A stretch of DNA of 36,736 nt from Nitrososphaeraceae archaeon (lineage in GTDB: Archaea; Thermoproteota; Nitrososphaeria; Nitrososphaerales; Nitrososphaeraceae): contig DATFEP010000029.1 of the NCBI GenBank assembly GCA_035250975.1, positions 1-36,736 on the forward strand, read 5' to 3'. Each line of letters begins with the position of its first letter. The stretch's first letter is position 1. Position numbers and translations under genes: made by a program. Shown here piece by piece: positions 10,219-19,263 of this stretch. The notes under the pieces were generated by a model. That model was not told the origin of the DNA. It worked only from the letters and a program-made list of their open reading frames with translations, and ran no database searches.

Positions 10219-10946
10219 ATGAACAAGGAAAAAGTAGTATTTCTTTCTATATTACTAATAGCCTCAGGCTTGTTAACGTTAGGACCATCAATAAATACAC
10301 AAGCGCAAATTTATGACTTAGATTTAGGTAAAGATCACTATAAAGTATATCCAGATCCAAAAATGAATTCTGATGTAAATGTACAAAAATTAAAGTGTGT
10401 TAATAGTAACATCAATGTAAATGGTATAGATATCACTGAAATACCTCAAAACCCTACTGCCCCAGCAGCAACAAATGCAGGAGGTGCTGAAGGAACAGCA
10501 GAAGCAGCAAATACTCAAAACGATAATGCTAATGGAAACGGAATAAACTTCGACAGAAACCTTGTAAATATATGTGTAAATGTTAATTTGGACGGCCAGA
10601 TAAAACCAAGTGCTCTAGAAGAATAACAAACATTTGAAGACTGCTTTTCAGTTCTAATTGAACCACAAATCTCCCGTCGATTATCCATTGTGCAAGCAAC
10701 ATCAATTGCAGCGTATTTAGATAGTCTCTCTGGTATGGCAAATACTGTTGATGAACCTGAAGATGTACTAGATGCCTTATTTCAGGTACCAGTCATAACG
10801 GTACAAGTGATGAGTGTCATAATAGAATGTCTAGTAAATTCAGGAAAAATTGACCCCCATCAAATGAATCTCTTTTCTGTGGTGATGGAATAGACAATGA
10901 TCATGACGAGCAGACAGATGATGAGGACCCAGATTGTCAAGCATAA
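10219..10946 (+). pseudogene. Secreted Nitrososphaeraceae-type protein broken by a nonsense codon and a frameshift
   Basis: ORFs 10219..10626 and 10690..10893 are in the same frame, separated only by TAA 10624-10626 (readthrough QTFEDCFSVLIEPQI...). A frameshift near the C-run at about 10854-10858 gives CGDGIDNDHDEQTDDEDPDCQA*. Confidence 0.65.
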
Positions 10947-11062
10947 GATGAAAATCCTCTTACTGATCCAGATTAATTAATTAATTAATTTACCATATTC
11001 TAGAGACATTATTAGTACCAGCAATAACATAAGTGGTAGAAGATTTTTTGTCGCTTGATTGA

Positions 11063-11194
11063 TTAGTGTTGTATTTCCTGTTTTTCTAGATATCGACAAA
11101 TATGTTTCTTGTTTTTGTATACTTCCCAATACTCTCCTTTTACCGGATTCCAGAAAATGGGAGTATTGCAACCGTAGCAGCATGTATTGTTCAT
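11063..11194 (-). CDS. Small Cys/His zinc-binding-like protein, 43 aa (not in ORF track)
   Basis: MNNTCCYGCNTPIFWNPVKGEYWEVYKNKKHICRYLEKQEIQH*, with CxxC followed by HxC. Confidence 0.45.
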   Translation of the reverse strand: MNNTCCYGCNTPIFWNPVKGEYWEVYKNKKHICRYLEKQEIQH

Positions 11195-11345
11195 GTTGTT
11201 TCTATCATTATTATTAATAGTATTTCTAATATTTGAAATATTGCTATATAGTATTGATACTATTCATACTTCTATAATTAATAGCATTTCCTATATTTTT
11301 AAATATTAAAACTCTACAAAACATTGTTTTATTCTTTGATAGCAA

Positions 11346-11819
11346 TCATCTGACAATCAATACGGGACAGGAAGCTTTTTCCGAAACATTTCTTGAGACA
11401 CTTCCCAGACCTTTTAAAAATTTTGAAATTCCGCTAATTCCTACGCTACCAATTACAATAAGATCCACTTTATTATTAATTGCATATTCTATTATCTTGT
11501 CAATTGGACTGCCAGTGGTTATTATTATTTCGATAGACAAGACATCGGAACTATATTTCTTTTTTTTATCTTCAAGCTTTTCTCTCATTTCCAATTCCAT
11601 TTCTTTATAAAGAACCGACATATATTCTGAAAAAGTAGTCACCTCACCTGTTTTGGGCGATCTAATTACTCGTGAAAATATTGGGGTAGGCATTTCTGCA
11701 ATGACATATATAATTATTATTTCCGAATCTTTCACCATCTTGGCTATTTCCACGGCTTTGTCAAAAGCCTTTTCGCTCATGACAGAGCCGTCATATGGAA
11801 GAAGAATTTTCTTTAGCAT
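11346..11819 (-). CDS. Universal stress protein (UspA family)
   Basis: KKILLPYDGS start, DLIVIGSVG...LGSVSRNVSEKASCPVLIVR end. Start moved to ATG 11819 because the extra 25 codons in the ORF track cover the AT-rich promoter. Confidence 0.95.
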   Translation of the reverse strand: MLKKILLPYDGSVMSEKAFDKAVEIAKMVKDSEIIIIYVIAEMPTPIFSRVIRSPKTGEVTTFSEYMSVLYKEMELEMREKLEDKKKKYSSDVLSIEIIITTGSPIDKIIEYAINNKVDLIVIGSVGISGISKFLKGLGSVSRNVSEKASCPVLIVR

Positions 11820-12515
11820 AATTTTATAACTCACATATAATAAACATATAAATAAAAAGGTAATGTATAGGATATACTCTGAATAAGAATACATTGACCA
11901 GACATAAATGATCTAGTAAATAATGGGATCTACTTGAAAAATTCAAATCAAGTTTTATCTTGGTCGTATGATTTCAGTTTTTGTTTATGAAAAATACAAT
12001 ATTTGTAATTAAATTCTCTCTGAATAACCTAAATTACCTGACTCAATTTTCTTGCGTCCCATATGGGTAAAGCTATTACCGCATTTTTGATTCGATGATA
12101 TTTAGGGATAGATTTCTTTTCCATGTGAATTCTGTTGTATGGTAGGCTAAAAAGACCCAGATACTATCAATATTATAATTATTAACAAATGCTTTGTTTA
12201 TTGTTCTAATATTATGTCAATTTGACAGATCGATATAATTCTTCCATTACAATTCGCTACCATGATGTAAGGATATTGTTTGTGCCAGTTCTAACAAAAG
12301 ATATCCATAATATGAAAATATGTTACCTTGGGTTGATATTTACTTTCTTTATCGCTAAATTAAATAATAACTAATACTTAATAACTCGCTTGCCACGGTT
12401 CCCGATGTGGATACCATAATAGTTTTTTAAGTAATCAGCTAGTATAGAATAATTATAATAAATATGCATACTTCAATTTTTATCAAAGGTATTTTATCTT
12501 GTATTTATTTTAATT

Positions 12516-12959
12516 CTAACCTTCTTTATCGCTTTCTTTTCCTATTTTTGAAATATGAGGTATGCGTGGAATTAAAACAGCAAAACCCGTTGCAACAACC
12601 GCTACTACATAGTATTCAAATCCTATCGCCATTCCTATAGCGGCCGAAAACCAGATACTTGCAGCTGTAGTCAAATTTGTGATTTTTCCGTCTATTTCGC
12701 CTTTTAGTATCATTCCTGCACCTAAGAATCCTATACCAGATACAATCTGCGCTGCAATTCTCGAAGATGATTGGGGATCAACTACAGAAGATAAATTTGT
12801 AAATATCATTGAACCACAAATAACTAACGCGTTCGTGCTAATTCCAGCAGGTTTTCCTCTAGACTCCCGTTCTGCACCAATAACAAAACCGGCAATTATT
12901 GAAAAAACCAGTCCTATCAAAAATTGAATTTCATTCTCTTTTATTATCCCCTCTAACAA
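12516..12959 (-). CDS. MgtC/SapB family membrane protein
   Basis: IGAERE..GKPAG, SRIAAQIVSGIGFLGAG and LTTAASIW..AAIGMAIG. N-terminal membrane domain only. Confidence 0.93.
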   Translation of the reverse strand: MLEGIIKENEIQFLIGLVFSIIAGFVIGAERESRGKPAGISTNALVICGSMIFTNLSSVVDPQSSSRIAAQIVSGIGFLGAGMILKGEIDGKITNLTTAASIWFSAAIGMAIGFEYYVVAVVATGFAVLIPRIPHISKIGKESDKEG

Positions 12960-13674
12960 TTATTGATAGCAAATAGATGAATTTTTGTATTAATAAAAAC
13001 GTTACTTTCAAAATAAATATTTTTTAATTTTCTAGCCTTTAATGGATAATTGATTATAATTAAAGGGAGTATGTTATATTATTACTGACTCAGTAATGAA
13101 TCATAGTAGATAAAATGAAATTTTCTAAGTTGAAAGAGAAAAAAAAAGACGAACGGTTATAACAAATAAAAATATTAAATAACAAAAAACAAGTAAAATT
13201 TGTGCCATAATACTAAATACATTATTTCTAAAAAATTATTAGGCTATATGCACCAGAAAAAAAATAATCTCATGTACAAAGAATAGTTGTTATGTACTCT
13301 CACTCTAACAATAAGATTTTTTGGGAATTTCGTCGGAGTAAAGATAAATGATTGTATTATGAGATATAAAGGAACTAAAATCATTTGGTAAAGATATTAC
13401 AAATTAAAATCATGTTTATTCTTTATAAAATGAAATTTACTAGCAAAAGATCGCTTTTTCAATCGTACCACTGAAATGATGTTCCATTACAAAGTTGCAT
13501 ATTACATTATAAAAGATTACGAACAATTTCAATCCGGAATATTTAATTGCATGTTAGACATCCAACGACAACATGTTCCTGATTAATAATATATGGTTAC
13601 AGAACTACCAGCGAACTTAAATGATCTAAATGTTTTTTAACCTTAGGATCCTAAAATCAAAATAAAATATACAG

Positions 13675-16458
13675 TTGTACAATAAAAAGGTAGAAACATC
13701 TGGTTTATGGCATACGGTTTCTGATCTGGATGTCATTTCAAAGTTGGGTAGTAGCTCAACAGAAGGTCTATCTGATCAAGAAGTAAAAGAAAGACGAAAA
13801 ATTTATGGTGAAAATATTCTACCTGAAATTAAACATCGTTCAAAAATTCGTATTTTATTTTCCCAATTCAAAAATTTACCAATAATATTTTTATTAATTG
13901 CAACTATTCTTGCATATTCACTGGGAAGGTACCTAGAAGCCATATCAATAATCGTGGTAGTCTTCATAACTGCAGGAATTGGTTTTGTTATGGAAAATAG
14001 TTCTGAAAGGACTATTCGATCATTGGCAAAATTAGGATCACCCAAAGCAAAAGTTCTCAGAAATGGAAAGGAATTCCAAATAAATGCCCATGAATTAGTA
14101 GTTGGAGATATAATTGAATTTGAAGCAGGAGATAGAATTCCAGCAGACTGCAGATTAATAGAATCTTTTGGATTGATTATAGATGAATCACCACTTACAG
14201 GTGAGTCTCATGGTATCCTAAAAGATTCTAGTTTAATTTGTTCCAACGATACTGAATTGGTTGAGAGAAAAAATATCTGTTACATGGGAACTATGACCCA
14301 AGAAGGAAGAGGAAAGGCTATTGTTGTAAATATCGGTAAACAAACAGAAATTGGAAGAATTGGATCGCTTTTAGAAAAGGTAACCGGTGGAAAAACACCA
14401 TTTGAAAAAAAAATTGAACAGCTTGGGAAAAAATTAGTTTTAGTCATTCTTTCCATAACATTATTTTATATAGTAATAGGTTATTTTCAACATTTTCCGA
14501 TAGGATCTTTATTTCTAAGTGGCATAGTTCTAGCTATTGCTGCTATTCCTGAGGGCTTGCCTGCTATCGCTACTATTACGCTAGCATTGGGTGTGAAGAG
14601 GATGGCAAAAAAAAATGCCTTGGTTAGAAAACTTGCAAGTGCAGAAACTTTAGGTTCAATAACAATAATATGTACTGATAAAACTGGTACATTAACCCTA
14701 AACGAACCAACTGTAAAACAAATAATTCTAGGTGACGGTACAATTTTACAAACGACAGGGTCCGGCTTTAACCCTTCTGGGAAAATATACAAGGGTATAA
14801 CTCCACCAAATGAGAAAAACATGAATGATTACTTACAAAAGACCGAAGATAAAAATCAATTACTATTATTCCAAACTATAACATTATGCAATAATTCTGA
14901 ATTATATTTTGATGGCATACATTGGAAAATTAATGGTGATACGACAGAAGGAGCTTTGATAGTTGCTTCAGAAAAGATGGGGTTTAAGAAAAGAGATTTA
15001 GAAAAGGAATATCCTCGAATATGGGAAGAACCGTTTGATTCAAAGACTAGGAGAATGATAACAGTGCATAGAAAAAAAAATAAATTATTAATTTGTATAA
15101 AAGGTGCCCCGGAAGAAGTTTTTCCATTATGCAAAAAAATAATGGAAAAAGACGAAGTAATTGTCCTTGATGAAGAAAAAAAGAAGAAATTAAATGAAAA
15201 AATCACAGATATTACTTTACATGGATATAGAAGCTTATTAATAGCCTTCATGGAGGTTGAATCGGATAGTAGTAAAATTAATTACAGTTACAAATTCATT
15301 ATACAGAACGAAGCGATCTTATTAGGACTAGTAGCATTATATGATTCTGTAAGACCAGGAGTTTTGAATGCTATAGATTTTATTAAAAAATCTAAAATCA
15401 AAATAATGATGATAACAGGAGATCATCCATTGACGGCAAAAGCAATAGCAAAGGAACTGGGAATATGGAATAATGATAACAATGTTCCAGACGAATTTAT
15501 GATGATAACAGGTAAAGAATTAGAAAAGTTATCGGTTGATAAATTGGCAGAAAAAGTTGAAAGAATAAGAGTTTTCGCCAGAACTACTCCAGAATATAAA
15601 TTAAAGATCGTTGAAGCACTACAAAGAAAGGGACACATAGTAGCAATGACTGGGGACGGAATAAATGATTCTCCAGCTTTAAAACAAGCAGACATTGGAA
15701 TAGCAATGGGAGAAAAAGGTACTGATGTTGCGAAAGAGTCTGCGGGGTTGATATTGTTAGATGATAATTTCAATACCATAACCCATGCAATCGAATTAGG
15801 TAGATTAATTTTATTCAATATAAGAAAATTTGCAATGTTTCTATTATCGTGTAATTTAAGTGAGATAATGATAATGTTATTGGGGATAGCACTATCACTA
15901 CCATTCCCCTTACTTCCTCTTCAATTACTATTAATGAATATGGTAACAGATACATTCCCAGCGTTAGCCCTTGCTGCAGAAAAGGGAAACAGAGATGAAT
16001 TGATGTTGCGTCTTCCGTCCAAAAATGAACCGGTAATTTCAAGAAAAGAATGGTATTCCATATTTATTCAATCTCTATTTATGACCATAGGCACAATTGG
16101 AATTTTTCTCTGGGCACTAAATACAGATGAAAAAAGAGATGTTGCACAAACTCTAGTTTTTGCAACCATTGGAATGACACAGATCTTGCATGTATTAAAT
16201 TATTCATCGTTACTTCGGAGATTTGTTGATAATAATCATAGAATAAATAAATATCTAATAGGTGCTATTTTACTCTCTTTTGGTATATTATTCATTGCAG
16301 TTGATGTAGAACCTCTTAATAACATCTTTGAGCTACACAGGTTAAATTTGAATGAATGGCTAATTTCATTATTTGTTTCGTCACTTTCTGTTTTTGGTGC
16401 TAGTTTAACAATTGGTATATTTAATAGTAAAATACATTTCTTAAAACGCCTTAAATAA
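13675..16458 (+). CDS. Cation-translocating P-type ATPase, P2A (SERCA/CtpF-like)
   Basis: TGES, IPEGLP, DKTGTLT, KGAPE, TGDH, TGDGIND, M5 SCNLSE and M6 NMVTDTFPALAL. Confidence 0.95.
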   Translation: MYNKKVETSGLWHTVSDLDVISKLGSSSTEGLSDQEVKERRKIYGENILPEIKHRSKIRILFSQFKNLPIIFLLIATILAYSLGRYLEAISIIVVVFITAGIGFVMENSSERTIRSLAKLGSPKAKVLRNGKEFQINAHELVVGDIIEFEAGDRIPADCRLIESFGLIIDESPLTGESHGILKDSSLICSNDTELVERKNICYMGTMTQEGRGKAIVVNIGKQTEIGRIGSLLEKVTGGKTPFEKKIEQLGKKLVLVILSITLFYIVIGYFQHFPIGSLFLSGIVLAIAAIPEGLPAIATITLALGVKRMAKKNALVRKLASAETLGSITIICTDKTGTLTLNEPTVKQIILGDGTILQTTGSGFNPSGKIYKGITPPNEKNMNDYLQKTEDKNQLLLFQTITLCNNSELYFDGIHWKINGDTTEGALIVASEKMGFKKRDLEKEYPRIWEEPFDSKTRRMITVHRKKNKLLICIKGAPEEVFPLCKKIMEKDEVIVLDEEKKKKLNEKITDITLHGYRSLLIAFMEVESDSSKINYSYKFIIQNEAILLGLVALYDSVRPGVLNAIDFIKKSKIKIMMITGDHPLTAKAIAKELGIWNNDNNVPDEFMMITGKELEKLSVDKLAEKVERIRVFARTTPEYKLKIVEALQRKGHIVAMTGDGINDSPALKQADIGIAMGEKGTDVAKESAGLILLDDNFNTITHAIELGRLILFNIRKFAMFLLSCNLSEIMIMLLGIALSLPFPLLPLQLLLMNMVTDTFPALALAAEKGNRDELMLRLPSKNEPVISRKEWYSIFIQSLFMTIGTIGIFLWALNTDEKRDVAQTLVFATIGMTQILHVLNYSSLLRRFVDNNHRINKYLIGAILLSFGILFIAVDVEPLNNIFELHRLNLNEWLISLFVSSLSVFGASLTIGIFNSKIHFLKRLK

Positions 16459-16688
16459 ACAATTGGAATAAAGCAGATTAAACGAAATTAAACAACTAGT
16501 AGACAAATATAATAAAAAAAGAGATGTAAAATATGGCAAGTGATAAATTATAAAAAGTAACAAATCATAGGCACTTAACTGAATACAATTCTTTGTTTAT
16601 GGATTAATTTATGGATGTCTTAATTTTCTATTTGATTAATAACAAAACTCTCAAAAAAAAGAACAAAATATTTGAAGAATAATAGAGT

Positions 16689-17000
16689 CTATCCATAAAT
16701 CCTTGAGATCATACAAGCATTTCTTCCTAGAAAAGTAAGTGAAATCTTATTTTCAATATGAAATTGAATGTACCCTGATTCCTTCTCTAACCACTCAAGA
16801 AATTTATTAAAAGATTCTCTTTGAACACCTTTAAAGGATTTTTTATAAATCTCGTCAATATCAAAGATCGGGATATTGCCTGTTTTCTTAGAATGATAAT
16901 CTCGAGAACAAAGTTCTCGCAAAAGTTTATCTTCCATCCCTCTAATATCCTTGTAAGAATCTTCAAGATTTGTTTTAGCAATATTTTTCATTGTTTTCAC
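16689..17000 (-). CDS. Hypothetical protein, possible winged helix
   Basis: Starts 7 bp after the CBS gene. It has a helical segment followed by LEKESGYI...ISLTFLGR, similar to a wHTH wing. Confidence 0.6.
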   Translation of the reverse strand: MKTMKNIAKTNLEDSYKDIRGMEDKLLRELCSRDYHSKKTGNIPIFDIDEIYKKSFKGVQRESFNKFLEWLEKESGYIQFHIENKISLTFLGRNACMISRIYG

Positions 17001-17007
17001 CTTTCAT

Positions 17008-17442
17008 CTACAGCCCTTCACCTATAGTAGTAGTAACAGTTCTTTTTCTACCTATCGTTACAAATCTTTCGTCCAAGATTTCTTTTATTATATCAGATCT
17101 AGAACAGATTCCAATAATTCTTCCGTCATTTTCAATAACTGGGAGCATGGAAATGCTATTTTTATCCATGATATCAATTATTTTATCAACTTCTGTGTCT
17201 TGGTTTATCACTAAAGGATTAACTGTCATTATTTCATTTGCGGTAGTAATATTTAGGTCCTTACCAGATTTAATTGCACGTAGCAAATCGATAATGGTTA
17301 TAATTCCAATCACCTTTCCATCATTGTCTATGATAGGCATTCCGTTAACTACACCTAAGACAATTCTTGTAGCTATCTCTATAACAGTTACATTTGCCTT
17401 TGCACAAATTATATCTATCGACATAACATCATAGGCTTTCAT
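17008..17442 (-). CDS. Stand-alone CBS-pair protein
   Basis: AYDVMS, GMPIIDNDGKVIGIITIIDL and MLPVIENDGRIIGICSRSDI. Confidence 0.92.
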   Translation of the reverse strand: MKAYDVMSIDIICAKANVTVIEIATRIVLGVVNGMPIIDNDGKVIGIITIIDLLRAIKSGKDLNITTANEIMTVNPLVINQDTEVDKIIDIMDKNSISMLPVIENDGRIIGICSRSDIIKEILDERFVTIGRKRTVTTTIGEGL

Positions 17443-17598
17443 CCTAAACTCTCAAGTCCCACTTTAACCATGTTGATTTTAGACTGTAATATAGCGATGC
17501 CGATGATTTGGGCGTATATTTTTTGTTTTTTGTCAATTTTATTTTTGATAATTTTATCACAATGCTTATGAATGATAGTAAATATTTCTCCGTAACGA

Positions 17599-17619
17599 AT
17601 ACACTGTATTGCTCTGCAT
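17599..17619. promoter_or_regulatory. Tandem candidate operator boxes
   Basis: ATACAcTGTAT (17599-17609) and TTGCTcTGCAT (17609-17619), centres 10 bp apart, upstream of the minus-strand CBS/wHTH unit. Confidence 0.55.
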
Positions 17620-18089
17620 TAATTTGCCCTATTCAACAAATACTTATTTTCATCTTAATTTGAAAGCTAGTAACTTCCGAGTATAAAAAAATAAATCTTT
17701 GCGATTTAACTTTGATTACAAGGTTCCATTGAATTACAAGGCATTGATTGAAGAAGTCGTTGGAAATCCCAATATATGGACATGAATTCCTCGTTTGTAC
17801 CTAATATGTCAACATATGATAAGGAGTTAGCGGTATGTGTTTCATTGTAACGTTTATGATAGGACAATTCATAAGAAACAAAATATCCACTTATTAGTTC
17901 ATTTATTAGAAAGATATAGGGCTTGTCGCACCTGATGTACTTGAGAAAGACCGAAATACAGAATGATGAAAATAATAACAATAATTAATTGTCTACACAT
18001 GTATAGATGCACAATAATTTAGATAATTTAAGAGAGTTAAAAAACTAAACCTAAGAATTTCTAAACCAGTAAAAAATAATATTTACAAT

Positions 18090-18758
18090 CTATTTCCATC
18101 TGTATTTTGACATTATATCTAACACCTGATTATCAGTTACCTCTGAGAAGTTCTGATAAAATTCTCCTACTGCAAAAAAAATCAATGGCGTACTTAAAAT
18201 AATTGTTTTGTCTACTAATTTGGAAATTAAATTTGCAGTATCTCGTGGTGCCACAGGCACTGCCAGAATTATTTTTTTTGTATTTTGATTTCGTAGCCAT
18301 TTTATGGCAGCAAAGGTAGTTGCACCCGTAGCAATTCCGTCATCAACTAAAATGATAGTATTATTTTTTAGATCATAACTATCATCTCCACGGAATTTAT
18401 TCAATCTTATCTCGATTTCTTTAACTTTATTACTTATTTGTTTTTTTATATATTCTTGAGAAATATCTAACTTTTCAATTATGTCTTCGTTAGGAAAAAA
18501 ACTTCCATCATGAGTCACTGCACCGATAGCAAGCTCAGTGTTATCGGGTGAACCTATTTTTTTTGAAATAATGATGTCTAATTTTACATTTAGAGATGTT
18601 GCTATAATGTCACCCAGGACTATACCTCCTCTAGGAATTGCAAGAACCGTAATTGGGTGATCCTTTTTATCAATAATTTTTTTCAATTCATTAACAAGTA
18701 GAACAGCTGCTGCTTCCCGATTTTCGAATATTTTATTGTTTTGACTGATATCAGTCAT
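18090..18758 (-). CDS. Type I phosphoribosyltransferase family protein (Rv0571c/Rv2030c N-domain-like)
   Basis: FENREAAA, VLAIPRGG, KKIGSPDNTELAIGA, PRPP loop LVDDGIATGAT and FFAVGEFYQNF. Start moved to ATG 18758 because the upstream extension overlaps another gene. Confidence 0.9.
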   Translation of the reverse strand: MTDISQNNKIFENREAAAVLLVNELKKIIDKKDHPITVLAIPRGGIVLGDIIATSLNVKLDIIISKKIGSPDNTELAIGAVTHDGSFFPNEDIIEKLDISQEYIKKQISNKVKEIEIRLNKFRGDDSYDLKNNTIILVDDGIATGATTFAAIKWLRNQNTKKIILAVPVAPRDTANLISKLVDKTIILSTPLIFFAVGEFYQNFSEVTDNQVLDIMSKYRWK

Positions 18759-18837
18759 TATTTTAAAACTCAAATTTAAGCGTAATGTATAATACTTATT
18801 TAAAGAAACGTTATCTTCTATCTGATAAAGAATTTTT

Positions 18838-18993
18838 TTAATATTCCCTTTCTGCCACTTGTTCGTGACAGTACATACATAAACCACAAATTTTACAGGT
18901 TTGTGATATTGTATTTCCACATTTGGGACAAACACTTTCAGGATCGTGAACAGTCACTTCATTAAATTCATGTTGAGAACGGATCCGCGTCAT
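18838..18993 (-). CDS. Small CPxCG-type zinc-finger protein, 51 aa, three CxxC motifs (not in ORF track)
   Basis: MTRIRSQHEFNEVTVHDPESVCPKCGNTISQTCKICGLCMYCHEQVAEREY*. A TATA-like TTATATA lies at 19029-19023. Confidence 0.75.
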   Translation of the reverse strand: MTRIRSQHEFNEVTVHDPESVCPKCGNTISQTCKICGLCMYCHEQVAEREY

Positions 18994-19263
18994 AATTTAG
19001 TGATGTAGTATAACTTAGGCGATATATAACTCTTAAAAAGATTGTTCATTTATGATATCACTCAAAATTTCACATATTAGATCAATTCAAGATATAAATC
19101 GAGTCAAACGTATTTTTATAGAATTTGGTTAGGAGACGTATTAACATTAAAGCATAGAATCATTAAAAGTTCTTAAAAGAAAGATGAGTTAGCAAAAACA
19201 TTATCAATAATCAAATTTCTTAGATATATTAAACTTTTTATCTTTTTATATGAATACTTTTTT

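Noticed and set aside
10973-10990. (TTAA)n run as a transposon target or regulatory site
   Set aside because: A short AT microsatellite with no transposase or terminal repeats nearby.
11820-11894. N-terminal hydrophobic extension of the Usp
   Set aside because: It spans the AT-rich promoter, and the Usp fold begins at MLKKILLPYDGS.
17706-17981. 91-aa minus-strand ORF
   Set aside because: TTG start and no motif. It may be a decayed gene but I cannot support a call.
18759-18935. 59-aa N-terminal extension of the PRTase
   Set aside because: It overlaps the better supported zinc-finger microprotein in another frame.
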